The notes beneath the pieces are model-generated. The model had not been told where the DNA came from, ran no database searches, and saw only the letters and a list, made by a program, of their open reading frames with translations. Positions 15,095 through 29,692 of a DNA stretch of 64,000 bases are shown here, piece by piece (position 1 is the stretch's first letter; each line of letters opens with the position of its first letter). Source of the stretch: Eledone cirrhosa (lineage: Eukaryota); NCBI GenBank assembly GCA_964016885.1, contig OZ024751.1, forward strand, positions 38,626,001 to 38,690,000. The letters are read 5' to 3'. The translations under genes and the position numbers were made by a program.

Positions 15095-15197
15095 ATTAGC
15101 AGTATCGGTAGGGCGTCGGATAATATGCTTCATGGTATACATTTTGGTATACGTTCTGAGTTCAAATCCCAGCGTGGTTAGCTTTGCTTTCCATCTG
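15095..15197 (+). mobile_element. SINE 5' fragment, same family
   Basis: cgttctgagttcaaatcccagcgtggttagctttgctttccatc core. Confidence 0.6.
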
Positions 15198-15234
15198 TAC
15201 GAAGAGTAATACGATTTTATAAAAATATATATAT

Positions 15235-15350
15235 CTGATGAAGGACTAGCGTCCGAAACGTTAAGACCCTCTTCCTGTTATATCAAGTGTTAACCTAATA
15301 TATCCCTTCAATATACTGTACCGTTTGCGTTGTTATTTCTGTTTACCTTT

Positions 15351-15356
<6 letters not shown>
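15235..15356 (+). mobile_element. Family B PLE-like 3' end with minimal HHR motif
   Basis: CTGATGA-A-GGAC(tagc)GTCC-GAAAC; runs into (TA)n. Homologous to the minus-strand copies at 19321 and 20585. Confidence 0.7.
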
Positions 15357-15405
<49 letters not shown>

Positions 15406-15421
15406 ATAATAATATATTTTA

Positions 15422-15481
<60 letters not shown>

Positions 15482-15485
<4 letters not shown>

Positions 15486-16630
15486 AAGTTTCCGTTGAAA
15501 ATTGAAAAAGTCATAGGAGTGAAGAGTGCTCTATGTAAGTACCAGAGCTAAATTTAATGTATAATAAACAATACAATATAATTACCTCATTACCAGAGCT
15601 TTCCCGAATAAGAAGAATACGAAAAACGTCCTCATTCGTTCATCAGACAAGGCAATTTAAAACATAGTGAAATATTTGAAAAATCTCCTCAAGAAAGGCA
15701 AGAGTTTAACGCGTAAAACATATATAAATAAAAGTAATGCAAGAGATATATGAAAAAATATAGGGAAATATAGTTAGGGTATGTGTATATGTATGTATAT
15801 ACACTCACAAATGTACATATTTGTGTATGTACAAATGCATGTGTATGGTGAAAATGTGTGCGTAAGTACATATATGAGGGCAAGTATATTTGTGTATATG
15901 TATGTACGCATGCATGCGCTTTTGTCTGTACGTATTTGTGTGTATAAATATTTTTATATGTGTGTACGTGCGTACCTGTTTGTTTTCTTTTTTCTAGTGT
16001 TAATTGATAACCCCTCCCTCTTACTTACTCTTTGATTTATAAAAAAAAAATTTTCATTCTCATATATTCTTTCATTTTTATACATATATCGAGAACGACT
16101 CTTCTTTTTACTATTACACTCTCTTCCCTCTTTATCTTCCGCATATAAGTGACCATCGTGTGTATGTGTTTAAACGCGTGCTTTCATACTCGTATGTGTA
16201 TTTAATACCCGTATCTGGATGCGTGTTAACTATATTATCTTACAATTTCTTTTTCAACTCATATTATATACGTATTTGTGGTCACATATACACAAATATA
16301 CTTGCCCTCATATATGTACTTACGCACACATTTTCACCATACACATGCATTTGTACATACACACATATGTACATTTGTGAGTGTATATACATACATATAC
16401 ACATACCCTAACTCTATTTCCCTATATAATTTTATATATCTCTTGCATTACTTTTATTTATATATTTTTTTCCCGTTAAACTCTTGCCTTTCTTGAGGAG
16501 ATTTTTCAAATATTTCACTATGTTTTAAATTGCCTTGTCCGATGAACGAACGAGGACGTTTTTCCTATTCGTCTTATTCGGGAAACCTCTGGTAATGAGG
16601 TAATTATATTGTATTGTTTATTATACATTA
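15482..16630. mobile_element. Family C fold-back PLE-like element with HHR motif
   Basis: 347-bp inverted arms 15555-15901 and 16284-16630, ~73-bp tail on the left, TA tracts on both sides. Minus strand 15655-15590: TTGCC..CTGATGA-long stem II-GAAA-GCTC-TGGTAA. Confidence 0.78.
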
Positions 16631-16654
16631 TGTATATATATATATATATATATA

Positions 16655-16905
16655 TAATAATAATAATACATTTGAAGACTAAAATCCAAAGAGGGCTCGA
16701 TAAGGATAAATATATAAGAACCGTAGAGCAAATATTTATTAAAATAAAAGATTAAAGTTTAAGCAAAGAATCGCTGCTTTCACCCTTAAGGGGATCTTCT
16801 GAGACTAACAAAGTCAATCTGTAAACGCAGATTATATTCGTATTATATCCGTTTTTTCCCGTTCTTTGCCAGGGAACGTTTCCACGAATCAAATTATCGT
16901 CTTCT
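16655..16905. mobile_element. Family D rearranged copy
   Basis: 16655-16830 is the reverse complement of ~54891-55075; ~16838-16905 matches ~54783-54848 in direct orientation. Confidence 0.75.
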
Positions 16906-17080
16906 TGGGTTGAATTAAGATCCATCTATTGGAATGGAGATGACAGAAATGATGCACGTTAAATGTATCTGACACGTAAAGATTTCTAGATCTCAAAACA
17001 CTCGTCAAATATTTGTTAAAGAAGGTCACTTTAAATAGAACTAGATGTTATTACACATTTTATGTTAAGTAACATGCACC

Positions 17081-17330
17081 CAGAGGCGTAACTAAGGGAT
17101 GGCAAGCATGGCACATGCCATTGGCGCCATATGAACTAGGAGCACGTTTTGTTAAAGTCAAATAAGCCTCGTCAGAGAGTGAAAAAAGAAACTCCTTCAG
17201 ACGTATGATCTGGCTCTGATTATCATAAATGAGAATACTATGGTGGCTGGATCATTAAACAATTTATACAAATTAGGAGGTCCAATTTTACTGCTTGCCA
17301 AAGGCGCTATTTTCTCTAGTTACGACTATG
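17081..17330. mobile_element. Non-autonomous DNA transposon (MITE)
   Basis: 14-bp terminal inverted repeats CAGAGGCGTAACTA / TAGTTACGACTATG (12/14 match); ATGCACC at 17074-17080 and 17328-17334. Confidence 0.65.
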
Positions 17331-18090
17331 CACCTTAGCGCAAATAATAATACAAAAGTGCCACGAACTTCTTAGCACGTAAGGTGACTTGTTTTCCTTC
17401 AAGAAGCACATTAGATTCTTCCAAGGGATAATGTTTCAGCTTTCACAAAATCTCGTTCAAAATTATTACATATATCATCGTAGGCAGAACATTAACCACT
17501 ATCCAAATATATTCTTTATATTTAGAAACAAACATATGTGAACCATTTCTCATGTGATCTGTCTATTTATCTAGCCTAATTTATCAATATATTATTGATT
17601 TTGGTATTTCTTATGTAATAATTTGATTACAATGTTACATAAATGAACAGGAAATCGATTATTTCATTGATGACAAGGACAAGTAAGAATTTGAAAGAGA
17701 AAAAAAGGGAGGTAATATATTGCAGGCTTATGGAAACCGGGGAATGGAGGTTTTAAACCAGTGAAAAGAAACAGTAGATCTATTGTATACGTATAAGAAT
17801 ACTTCAAACAAATCCCAAAGGTAATCGATTCAGTTATATGGTTTTGTTAGTGTGATAGAAAAGGGGGAAACGTGATGCAGTGTCTACAAATAAGAACGTT
17901 GGAGAAGAAAATAGGGTGGTCAATATGCAGACTGTTATAAATATTTGTATATATATATATATATATATACACAAATATACACACAAATCTCCATATACAT
18001 GTATGAGTATGGTGTGAGTAAAGTAATTAATACTTCCAAATTATAAACATATATGTAAAATTCGTACAAGTAAATATTTATATATGTTTG

Positions 18091-18143
<53 letters not shown>

Positions 18144-18201
18144 CAGTATATACATAGATATATATGTGCTTGCGTCAGTACCGTTACACACACACACACA
18201 A

Positions 18202-18282
<81 letters not shown>

Positions 18283-19320
18283 AGTTTGTGGGAACGTATG
18301 CAAATATATTAAAACGCTTTATTTTGCCAAACGTATAGTTGTGTGTTTAGAGAAAAGAAGGACGAGTGAATAGATGGCTGTTGTTGGTATTGTGAAGAAC
18401 TAAAGAAAATGGTTAGAATACAGAACATGGACTATTCAATGATGTCTAGTAGAGAAATCAAAAGAGTCGTTCTAGCTAAATTCTCCTACACAAATATGAA
18501 GCACATTGAACGACTATCGATTTACAATCAATAAGTTCGATCTGTGTTCGGTCTGGACAACATCAAATATTACAATAAATAACTTTTTCTTAGCCAACGT
18601 ATCCATGATAACACATAGATCTCCACACACACACACATGTATATATATATATATACATAAAGACGTACACGCACACAGTATATATCTATACACACACACA
18701 CACATACACACATTTGTTTGTATCTATGTCTACATACATGTGTACTTGTATTGTGCATTTCTACGAAGAAACAAAAACGTTCATACAATACATCTTGAAA
18801 TAGATAGAGATACATAAAATATTTAATAGGCAAAACTACGCCATATGATATGAGAAACATGGAAAGATATTTCGGGAGCTTATATAGAAAGATATGAATT
18901 AAAAATGCAAAATTTTATGTCTACTTCATTGAATAATTTACATGTTGTCCAATATTACTTTATGTATTCTGAGATAGTTTTCAGTTACAGGGGAGTAAGG
19001 AAACAAAACCACACAATTCAATCTCAAAAGCATGGTTCTGTACAGGGGAGACACATATTAAATATATAATAGCACCTTCCAGAATCAGGATATCTGTAAG
19101 ACTGAAACAAATGAGGGTGCAATTTTGGAAGTCTTATTCGGGCTAGTCAACATCTGCCACAATCTCAAGCCCATAAAGATAATACTATTTTAAGAGGCAG
19201 CCTTTACTCCCCCCGTCATAACTATATCAATCTGTACACACACACACGCGCGCGCGCGCGTGTGTTTTTCTCGGACGACGAAAACATTCCTGGCATGTGT
19301 ATATATATATATATATATGT

Positions 19321-19507
19321 ATGTAAAAGGTAAACAGAAGTAACAACACAATCAGTACAGTATATGGAAGGGATATATTAGGTTAAGGCTTGATATAGTA
19401 GGAAGAGAGTCTTACTGTTTCGGACGCTAGTCCTTCATCAGAAGAAAGAAAGAGAAATCAGATAAATTGAGGGGACGGGCGGGTTGAAATTGGAAAAAAT
19501 GTCTTTA
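19321..19507 (-). mobile_element. Family B PLE-like 3' end with minimal HHR motif
   Basis: Reverse complement reads tctt-CTGATGA-AGGAC(tagc)GTCC-GAAACAGTAAGA; abuts TA tract; aligns with 20585-20770. Confidence 0.7.
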
Positions 19508-19668
19508 TATATATAGGGAGTGTGAAAAGGAAGATGTGTAAGACGAGGGTTAATGAAGAGAGAAATAGAAAGGACTGACACAAATTTGCGAAAAATAAAA
19601 CCTATGCACGGCTCATTTGGCGCTTATTCAATTTGTTTCTATCTCTGAAATATCATACAATACACACA

Positions 19669-19740
<72 letters not shown>

Positions 19741-20513
19741 TGTGTGTGTATGTATTTGTGTATGTATTTGCGTATGTATTTATATATATATGAGAGAGAG
19801 TGAAAGAGAAAGAAAGAAAGAGAGAGAGCTAAATACCCAGACATACACTTGTGAACATGATACTTTCCTCAAGTGCAATAGACAAGCCAATTAAAACTAT
19901 GATTCTTCCAATGAAGAGATCGTTGTATTATATCGGCCTGTTATAAATATATGGCCACCTCGCCATCGTACCAAGCTACACATACTTTTCATACGCTTCA
20001 TATTGTAATGAAGATATCTCATGATACGGGAAAATGTTCTTAACTAAAGAAATCGATATACTTATCGTGCGATACAGCTATTGTAATATTTGTGACTTTT
20101 CTGTAATGCCTATGTGCGAAAAAATGTCAAACTCCAGATTTAATCTCTTAAATCCTTTTAATTCCTTCCAGTGGACCTAAATGCTTTTCTGGCTATACTA
20201 TTATTATTGGTGAAGGGCAATAGATCTGCGGCCAGCTTTGAGTACCTTAATCGTTTGATGCAGCCGAATATATAGACTATATTCAGACCAGGCACTTATT
20301 TTCTTACAAGCGTGGGTTAAACTGTTGAGTCGCATATGTCGTACATATTAATAAAGACACAGAAGCAGAAGCATATATGTAAAAAATGTTTATGTTATAA
20401 ACAAACTTTATATACATGTTAAATGTATGAAATTTTGTTTACACTAGATAAGCTCTGTCCCAGCAGATCGAGCACAGTTTTCCTTGATCATTCATCTGCG
20501 GTTTTCTACCAAC

Positions 20514-20583
<70 letters not shown>

Positions 20584-20584
20584 A

Positions 20585-20937
20585 TGTGAAACATAAACAA
20601 AAGTAACAACAAAATCGGTACAGTATATGGAAGCGATATATTAGGTTAACGCTTGATATAGTAGGAAGAGGGTTTTAACTTTTCGGACGCTATTCCTTCA
20701 TCAGAAGAAAGAATGAGAAATAAGATAGATTGAGGGGACGGGCGGGTTGGAATTTGAAAAAATGTCTTCAGATAAAAATAACATGTCCGTTTATGTTGAT
20801 ATCTCTTGCAAAACTGTTGGTGCTGGCGTTTGGTGTATGATTTATTTTTTAGAAAAGTGGATGATGGAGCGCGTCTACCTGAAATGGAAAAAAAAAACGG
20901 TTTTGTAAAAAGAGTTATACTTTTGCACATGATTAAG

Positions 20938-21006
<69 letters not shown>

Positions 21007-21300
21007 ATACGTCCTTACGAAGCTAAAATGAAATGTGTATGTATATGTGAGTAAAAGAGTGTGTGTGCATGTAAGTACGGAGCTATGAGCAAAAGTATGT
21101 TAATATAAGGGTGTATACAGAGTAGTGAAGGCAAAATTGGATTGAGCATATATAGTCGGCCTGTATTAGTTGTAAGAGAACATGTTAATGATCAAGAGAA
21201 AGCGATAGGAATCTATGGGGCGTGATAATGGGCGGGGTATTAGAGAAATTGGGGAGTTGAGTTGAGTCCAAGAGGGGAATAGCTAGCTGGTTCTCCGCAG
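20585..21300 (-). mobile_element. Family B longer copy: possible PLE ORF C-terminus, 3' UTR and HHR motif
   Basis: HHR motif ~20675-20708. Minus-strand 21284-21240 reads SYSPLGLNSTPQFL*, resembling the PxGLN motif that ends PLE GIY-YIG domains. Continuity across the internal (GT)n is assumed. Confidence 0.5.
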
Positions 21301-22290
21301 TAGAGATGATGCCAAAATGCGCATGTGTGTGTGTGTGTTTGCCTTTATCACATCACAGTTCGAGAAAAGGTTATAGATAACATTGGTAGTAAACTTGAAA
21401 CATTCGACTAAATCCTTCCATGCTGTGTTCCGGCAGAGCCATTTTCTAGTGAATGAAACAAATAAAGTAAAAGAATAAAAATATATATGAATACATACGT
21501 ATATATGTATATATATATGGGAAACCAGATATCACATATATTATTGATATAAAATTTAGTAAGATGAAACGGTTAAGAATGTCATATTAAAGGCAAGTGA
21601 GCTAATATTCACGCCGATTTACTTAAATTGATATTCCAATAATATAATGGTGCTTCTCTTGAACTAGCACTTTACGTCAAAATATTTAAATTCTTCCGCC
21701 GAACGTGAAATCAAAGAACTAATAGATTCCGTAAATCCGAGTACTTCACCTTGGAAACCGATACTTTTACGGTACGACTTGCAAATCAACGCAACATTTT
21801 GTTCCACTTATTATACTGTCACCTTAATAACTTACATTGCATTTTCGTTTTCGAGCTAATATACTGTTATATATTTCTTCGATAGAAACGATCAACTGTA
21901 AAATATGAATGTATTAATAGTTTTGACTTTTGAGGCAATACTTATTCAACAGAAACTGCTTAATCTTCTTCGATTTATCTCTTTGCAAGGGGAAAAAGAA
22001 GGTAGAGGTTTTACGTTGAACCTGTACTTAGAGTTAAGAACTTGATTTACATTCTTTCCAAGTCTCACGTTATGAGGTAGGGTTCATCTAATTGACTTCT
22101 AAACAGTTCCCAACTACCTAATTATATTCAGAGGTAGATATCAAAGAATACCTTCATTCCCTTCCGAATGTCCATCAATGTTGAAATAATTTGAAGTTCA
22201 GAGTTGAACCCCTTACCTGCTCTATGGATTAAAATTAAGGGTCATTAGATAAACAAAAGGAAATATTCCACTTTTCAACGTGTGTGTGTG

Positions 22291-22341
<51 letters not shown>

Positions 22342-22344
<3 letters not shown>

Positions 22345-22482
22345 AGATAGGTTTATCCCGGATTCAATGAGGGGTAACCGCAGTAAGTAAGGTACTCAAT
22401 ACACAGCAGAGTATAAATATTTAATATAGAAAAGGCTTCTACAGGACTAGAACTGTTTCATTCGGGAGAAATCATCAGGAAG
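22342..22482 (-). mobile_element. Family E 3'-end copy
   Basis: Homologous to 28814-28945 (ggtaacc.cagta.gtaaggtactcaatac...ttctacaggactagaac...aaatcatcagg); abuts (TA)n. Confidence 0.72.
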
Positions 22483-22554
22483 AGAGAGAGAGAGAGAGGG
22501 GGGGAGTAAGGTTCAAGTATTGGGATGACTTCAAATCCGTATTATTAATTGCCA

Positions 22555-22675
22555 TTCTGAGTTCAAATCGCACCGAGGAGAACTTTGCCTTTCATCATTA
22601 CGGGGACGATAAAATAAAGTACCAGTAATACACTGGGGTAATAGCTGGCCTTGTGCTAGAAGTAGAAACAAGTAT
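22555..22675 (+). mobile_element. Octopod-type SINE fragment
   Basis: ttctgagttcaaatcgcaccgagg..aactttgcctttcatc..acgggg.cgataaaataaagtaccagtaat; close match to 31491-31608. Confidence 0.75.
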
Positions 22676-23273
22676 TAATCTCTGTATGCTGGAAAATTGA
22701 ATGGTCAGATTTAAGAGGTTGCATCCAGACAAATTATTTGGAAAAAACTTGTGGATATCAAACTCAAACCGACAGCTTCGCTATTGGGATTCTACCTTTC
22801 CTGTTTCTACCTTTACATGTGTGTGTTTGCGTTTGTGTGTGTGTGTATATATGTGTGTATGTGTGTGTGTATGTATGAATATGTATATATTGTATATATA
22901 ATTTTTATATAAAGTATATATATATGATTTTTCATAATATATATGTATATACATCACACATAAAATATAAATGTAATAATTCATTACACGTTTCAGAAGC
23001 TAAGATCACAAAGAAGCAATTTATACTTACATAAACAGACAATACATACATACGAACATACATACGTAATTACACATATACATACATATATATATATATA
23101 AATACGTACGTACATATATATATATACATATATACGTACGTACATACGTACAGACATACGTACATACATACGTACAGACATACGTACATACATAAGTACA
23201 TATATACGTACGTACATATATACATACGTACATATACAGTAATCTCACCACTTGTTTTCTCTCTCCCTTTCAC

Positions 23274-23313
<40 letters not shown>

Positions 23314-23907
23314 CGTGTGTGTGTGTGTGTGTACGTGTGTGAGAGTGAGAGACAGTGTGGGGCTATGTATGCACGTACACTTGTCTCTGTATGTGGTTGT
23401 GAGATACTACATGTGTGCGATCATTTAGGTATGTAATATTGTGTAGTATTTTCGAGGATAGAGTGAGCAGGAAATAGCTGTGTATATGGTGACAATAATG
23501 TCTTTGATACAAACAAACAAATCTCCATATTAACACACTTTCTTGTGGAGTTTCTTTAAAACAGATGAGATATTTAATTCTTTTTTTTTTGCTTTCTTGT
23601 ATTTTATTTTCCTTTATTTTTTTTTCATGATTGATGGCTTCAGTCTGGAGCAAATCAGTTAGAGTCTTTGTAAATGTACGTTCATTCTCTCTTATATCTC
23701 TCTCTCCCCCTCTTTCTCTCTCTCTATCTCTCTCTCTCTGTCTCTCTCTCTCTGTCTAGCTGTCTTCATGTCTATCTTTCTCACGCTCAATTATTTTATC
23801 TCTTATATATATATATATATATATATGTATGAATGTATGTATGTGTGTGTCTGTGTGTACACATTGAATATATGTGTGTATATATTATTATATATATGTA
23901 TATATAT

Positions 23908-23938
<31 letters not shown>

Positions 23939-24010
23939 CGTTGTGCATTTGTGTGTGTGTTTATACGTGGATAATAAATAATGTATATCTTATATACCTG
24001 TCTTCTCTCA

Positions 24011-24070
<60 letters not shown>

Positions 24071-24201
24071 CATATATAGATAGATTGATAGATAGATAGA
24101 TAGATATAGATATACATATATATATACATCCACACACAAATCTACAGAGACACTATCAAACGTACACGCACACACACACATATATATATAAACATATAAA
24201 C

Positions 24202-24265
<64 letters not shown>

Positions 24266-25154
24266 GTATATGTATGTAGATGTCTGTGTATATATCTATA
24301 TGATATGTTTGATGTTTCTTTCAATAAAATACATCACAGAATGGTATTCGATTTGTTCCGACTTTAGCTTATTGCATTCTGTCAGGAATAATTTATCATT
24401 CTAATAAGAAATCGCAGACAAAATTACTACCTTTTTTTCCTAATTTTAATTCTATACACATGGGAGTTTCTACAGTAGCGATTTTATAATGAATCAGATA
24501 GTTTTACAGTAGGCGTTTTGATTTAATCACGGCACTGTTTTGTCCCCATATAGTGACGATTATCGCTAGAGTCATTCCTTTTTAATTAACGACAATAGAT
24601 GATCTTCATCGATGGTTGGATGTCATCAAGCTAAGTCTATAATATAATGTTCTTTCACTTCAAATTTTCTTTAACTTTTCAGTATTTATATTTCCCATTT
24701 GGCTGTGAATTGACAGAGTCATTAAAAGTCGGATGTTTCTAGGTATTCGGAGCGGAACTCTCTATTTGTGAGTTCAAATACCGCTGAGAGACGCCTTGAC
24801 AGTCCTCGATAAAAATATGCCAGTGTAGTGATGTGTTCGATTCTCCTGCTTTATCTTCTAATACCCTCTTTCTCCGGAAGATATCCGCAGTGTTCTGACC
24901 TGGAGAACTTTCGACTCCACCAGAATTTGAAAATTTACATCTCATACCTTGTATATTAGTACGGCTCTTGTACGACTCCATCAGGTTATATTAGTCCATA
25001 CATTCATTTATTTCCTGTAGAGAAATGTATGCTACGTCTTAGGAGACACACTTATCTCTCAATCTCGTGCGTTTCTAGTACTCTTTCAAATGGTAGTCAT
25101 ACAGCATTACCAACGTAACTCACTTCACTTTGGCCCCACTCGGTCACGAATTAC

Positions 25155-25467
25155 CATTGTTTTGCACCTAGAAACTTTCCCTCCGAGGCACAAGCCTGGG
25201 CAAAGTTTGTTTTGTGGAAGACCAGCAGTCGCCCTTGTATACCAGTCTCTCCTCTCCGCGCCATTGATGTTGTCCAAGGAAAAAGCACTGACCGATAGAG
25301 CTTGGCACCAGTGACCCCGCAACTCATTTCTACAGCTGAGTAAACTGGAGCAACGTGAAATAAAGTGTCTTCCTCAAGGACACAACACATCACCCGGTCC
25401 GAGAATCGAACTCACAACCTCTCAATTGCAAGCCCTATGCTCTAACCACTAAGTCATATGCCTTCAC
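25155..25467 (-). mobile_element. tRNA-derived SINE, near full length
   Basis: Minus strand: A box TAGTGGTTAGAG, B box GAGTTCGATTC, then gtgtccttgaggaagacactt central domain and a GC-richer body. Confidence 0.8.
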
Positions 25468-25896
25468 TTAATGTAACTGACTACAGTCGCATAAAAGAAA
25501 GGGACATTGAATAATTTTGAGTTGTCCACATTATACACGAAAACAATATGGGAAAGACAAGGAAGTAAAGCAAATAATTATAGACCTGTTCAATATAGAG
25601 ATCATGGGACACAGCAACATAACCATAGTGAACTCCAATAATATTGGTGAGAAAGATGGCTTGACCCAATTCCTATTTAATCGACCTTTATAATTTTACC
25701 ATGGCAACACCATAACGGATTAATATATCTATACATATATAAATATACGCACAGAAACAGACATATATATATATATATATATACATACACCCAAACATAT
25801 ATATATACACACAGACTCAAACATGTATATGTATACACACACACATATATATATAAACACACACACATATATATATATATATATGTACATACACAC

Positions 25897-25962
<66 letters not shown>

Positions 25963-26015
25963 CTTATATACATTTGTTGTGTGTGTATGTACATATATAT
26001 ATGTGTGTATGTACA

Positions 26016-26078
<63 letters not shown>

Positions 26079-27049
26079 GTGTGTGTATATATATACAAAG
26101 ATGAAAATAAATATGCTGAAGGTTAACTTATTTAAGACAAATGAACCATTATGTATTTCAACACACTTAAGAATCCAGTATGAATATCGATTTGAGTTCA
26201 AACGTTTTCTATATATATGAAGTGGTGTTAATATGAACGATCATTGATTCACGGTCGAGAATCAAATAATTAATTAGCAGATATTTACTAATAGATTATG
26301 CTTTGTGTCATTAAATAAAAACCTCCCACTAAATCATCCGACCGTTATTATCTCCGTGTCCTTGCTGTGTGTGCCTGTGTGTGTGTTTGTAGTTGTGTGG
26401 GAATGTGACCGTCTATGTGTGTGTATATATGAGATTGGATGTGTTTGCTCTCATCTGTATGTACGTGTCTGTGTGTCTGTGTGTTTGTATGTGTCTGCAT
26501 ACCTATGGTCGTATGCGAATGAGTATGAGTATATGTCTATAAGTTTATGTGTGTGTGTATGTTTATATATATCTATGTGTCTATATGTCTGTTTATATAT
26601 TTATGTGTGTTTGTATGTGTCTGAGAATATGTCTCGGTGTATATGTAGGTCAGTCTTGCGTTAATATGTGTGTGTGTGTGCATCTGTGTGGTATGTGATT
26701 GTGTGTACGTGTCAATACGTTTATGTGTGACTGTATATCTGTGTGTGTCTGCATTCACATTTCAGATAATTACAATATTAATCTCTACACATTTCCTATT
26801 GCGATTAATTAGACTATGGAACAATAATTTAAAGTTTCAGTGACAATTCTACCATCAAACTCTATTCTGTATATCATTTGTGTCTCTTTTAATGAGTCAT
26901 AAATACATAGTACTCCACCATATTTATTCTTCGGAGTTTTGTCTATTTCCGAAGCTGAATAAATCTGAAAGAGTTTTCAAAAAAATATGTTTCTCCTATT
27001 TACTGAACTAGGGCAAGAACGGAAATCATTACGGCGAAAACAGACACCC

Positions 27050-27253
27050 ATCAACTCAAGGAAAACTACGATGTGTCCTCTAAATGTGAGCGGAGTTCCA
27101 CTAATGCAGGTGAAGAGGTTCTCGTATCTTCGCGCTCTGTTCAACAGGAATGGAAAGCAGGAGTCGGGTGTAAGTGCAATAATTGCAGGAGCTGTTGTAG
27201 TGATGCAGCAGCTTCAGAATTTGGTCATCAGAAGATGGGAGGTATGTGAAAAG
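27050..27253 (+). mobile_element. Degraded RTE-clade (Expander/Rex3-like) LINE reverse transcriptase fragment
   Basis: CPLNVSGVPLMQVKRFSYLRALFNRNGKQESGVSAIIAGAVVVMQQL resembles the RTE pattern CPLxVxGxxLxQVEEFKYLGxxFxxxGKxExEIxxRIxxAxxVMxxL. Confidence 0.75.
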
Positions 27254-27509
27254 CCCGAGGGGGATGGTTGGATAACGTCCATATTCTCGAATGCAACCGC
27301 TTGAGGATCCAGTCGGATCAATTGGAAACGATTGTTTCTGAAGGCATTGATTTACTAAGATATATCACATACCAACATGGAACTGAGTATCGACATAGGC
27401 ATATGACTAGCTGCCGTGTACTTTAAGTGTTCTATATTACCGCTGTGATAACATAACGGCTCATTATTTCATAATTACTAGTCAGACACACACACACACA
27501 CACACACAT

Positions 27510-27544
<35 letters not shown>

Positions 27545-27655
27545 AATATAAATATATATATTAGCGATGAAATACAAATGAAGGCTGGAAGATCACTGAT
27601 GAAGGACTCATTTTATTCATATGTAACCCATTTGCAACCACGCAGCACGCCATTT

Positions 27656-28456
<801 letters not shown>

Positions 28457-28519
28457 ATTAGAAATTCCTTTGCTTTTCCCCTCGGAATTACCTAACATAT
28501 ATATATATATATATACATA

Positions 28520-28726
28520 TTAGAAAGTGAGGTTTTTTTTACAAAATGAAAAGTAACCGAGGTGTCCTTCATGACTGAAAGTATAAAGAAAAAAAGATGA
28601 AATCGAAAATGCAACTGGAGTCTACATTTTTTTAAAATATATATATTTATTTGGTTTCTTTACCGGTTTCGCAGTTCTTCGGCTTTTCAAAGGTAGAGTC
28701 GAGATGGATGGTCTGTAGTTTATCTC

Positions 28727-28730
<4 letters not shown>
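28520..28730 (-). mobile_element. TA-embedded insert with variant HHR-like motif
   Basis: Minus strand ~28693-28658: CTTTGAAAA-GCCGAAGAACTGC-GAAACCGGTA-AAG, with palindromic ACCGGT stem III; TA tracts on both sides. Confidence 0.45.
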
Positions 28731-28813
<83 letters not shown>

Positions 28814-28814
<1 letters not shown>

Positions 28815-29637
28815 TAGTTATTCCGGGTTGAATCGGAGGTAACCACAGTAGGTAAGGTACTCAATACATAGCAGAGTATACAAGTTTTAATATAGACAAG
28901 GTTCTACAGGACTAGAACTTTTTCATTCGTGTGAAATCATCAGGGAGCTGGCTGTCCAAGTAAGTAGTGGCATTTATATATTTTCTTTTCTGGTGGTAGG
29001 GGAGGGTGAGGATTGGGGATTATATGTACACATATTTGTATGTATGTGTATATATGTGTATATATTTGTATATGTGTATGTGTGTACGTACCATTATGTA
29101 TGTGGTTGCCTGCCTGTGTGTGCGTGCGTGTATGTGTGTGTACGTGTGTAAGTGGGCGAGTGTTTGAATGTGCTTGTCGACACCTGGAATATATATTAAG
29201 AGAAACTTCACAATAAGGGTTATCACCCCACAATGGAATCTGTTGATGGAACCCTCTCTGCCTTTGTCACACTTATACCAGCCTTAAAGAATTAGCTTCT
29301 AAGGAATTTCCTGTTTCTTTAAACTATTGAACCCCACCCATCCTTTAGACACCCGTCTTACAGCCATTGTTAGTCTAAGTGATAAACTAGGATTGGTATT
29401 GCAAATATGATTTTGTTTACAGTATTGTTCCTGCCTTTGTTAATACTATAGCTTTAAAGAATTAGCTTTTAATGAACTCACTTTCCTTTAAATCCTTCAA
29501 CCAATGACCTCCACCCATCCCAATCCCCACCCTGTCCTACCACAAGAAAAGAAAAGATATAAATACCACTACTTATTTGGACAGCTAGCTCCCTGATGAT
29601 TTCTCACTAATGAAACAGTTATAGTCCTGTAGAAGCT

Positions 29638-29640
<3 letters not shown>
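28814..29640. mobile_element. Family E fold-back PLE-like element with degenerate HHR motif
   Basis: Diverged ~117-bp inverted arms 28902-29018 and 29517-29634, ~88-bp left tail; CTGATGA...GAAACAGTT at 29593-29620; TA tracts on both sides. Confidence 0.7.

Positions 29641-29692
<52 letters not shown>

Noticed and set aside
25395-25465. tRNA gene
   Set aside because: A and B boxes are present but there is no convincing cloverleaf, and it continues into a SINE body.
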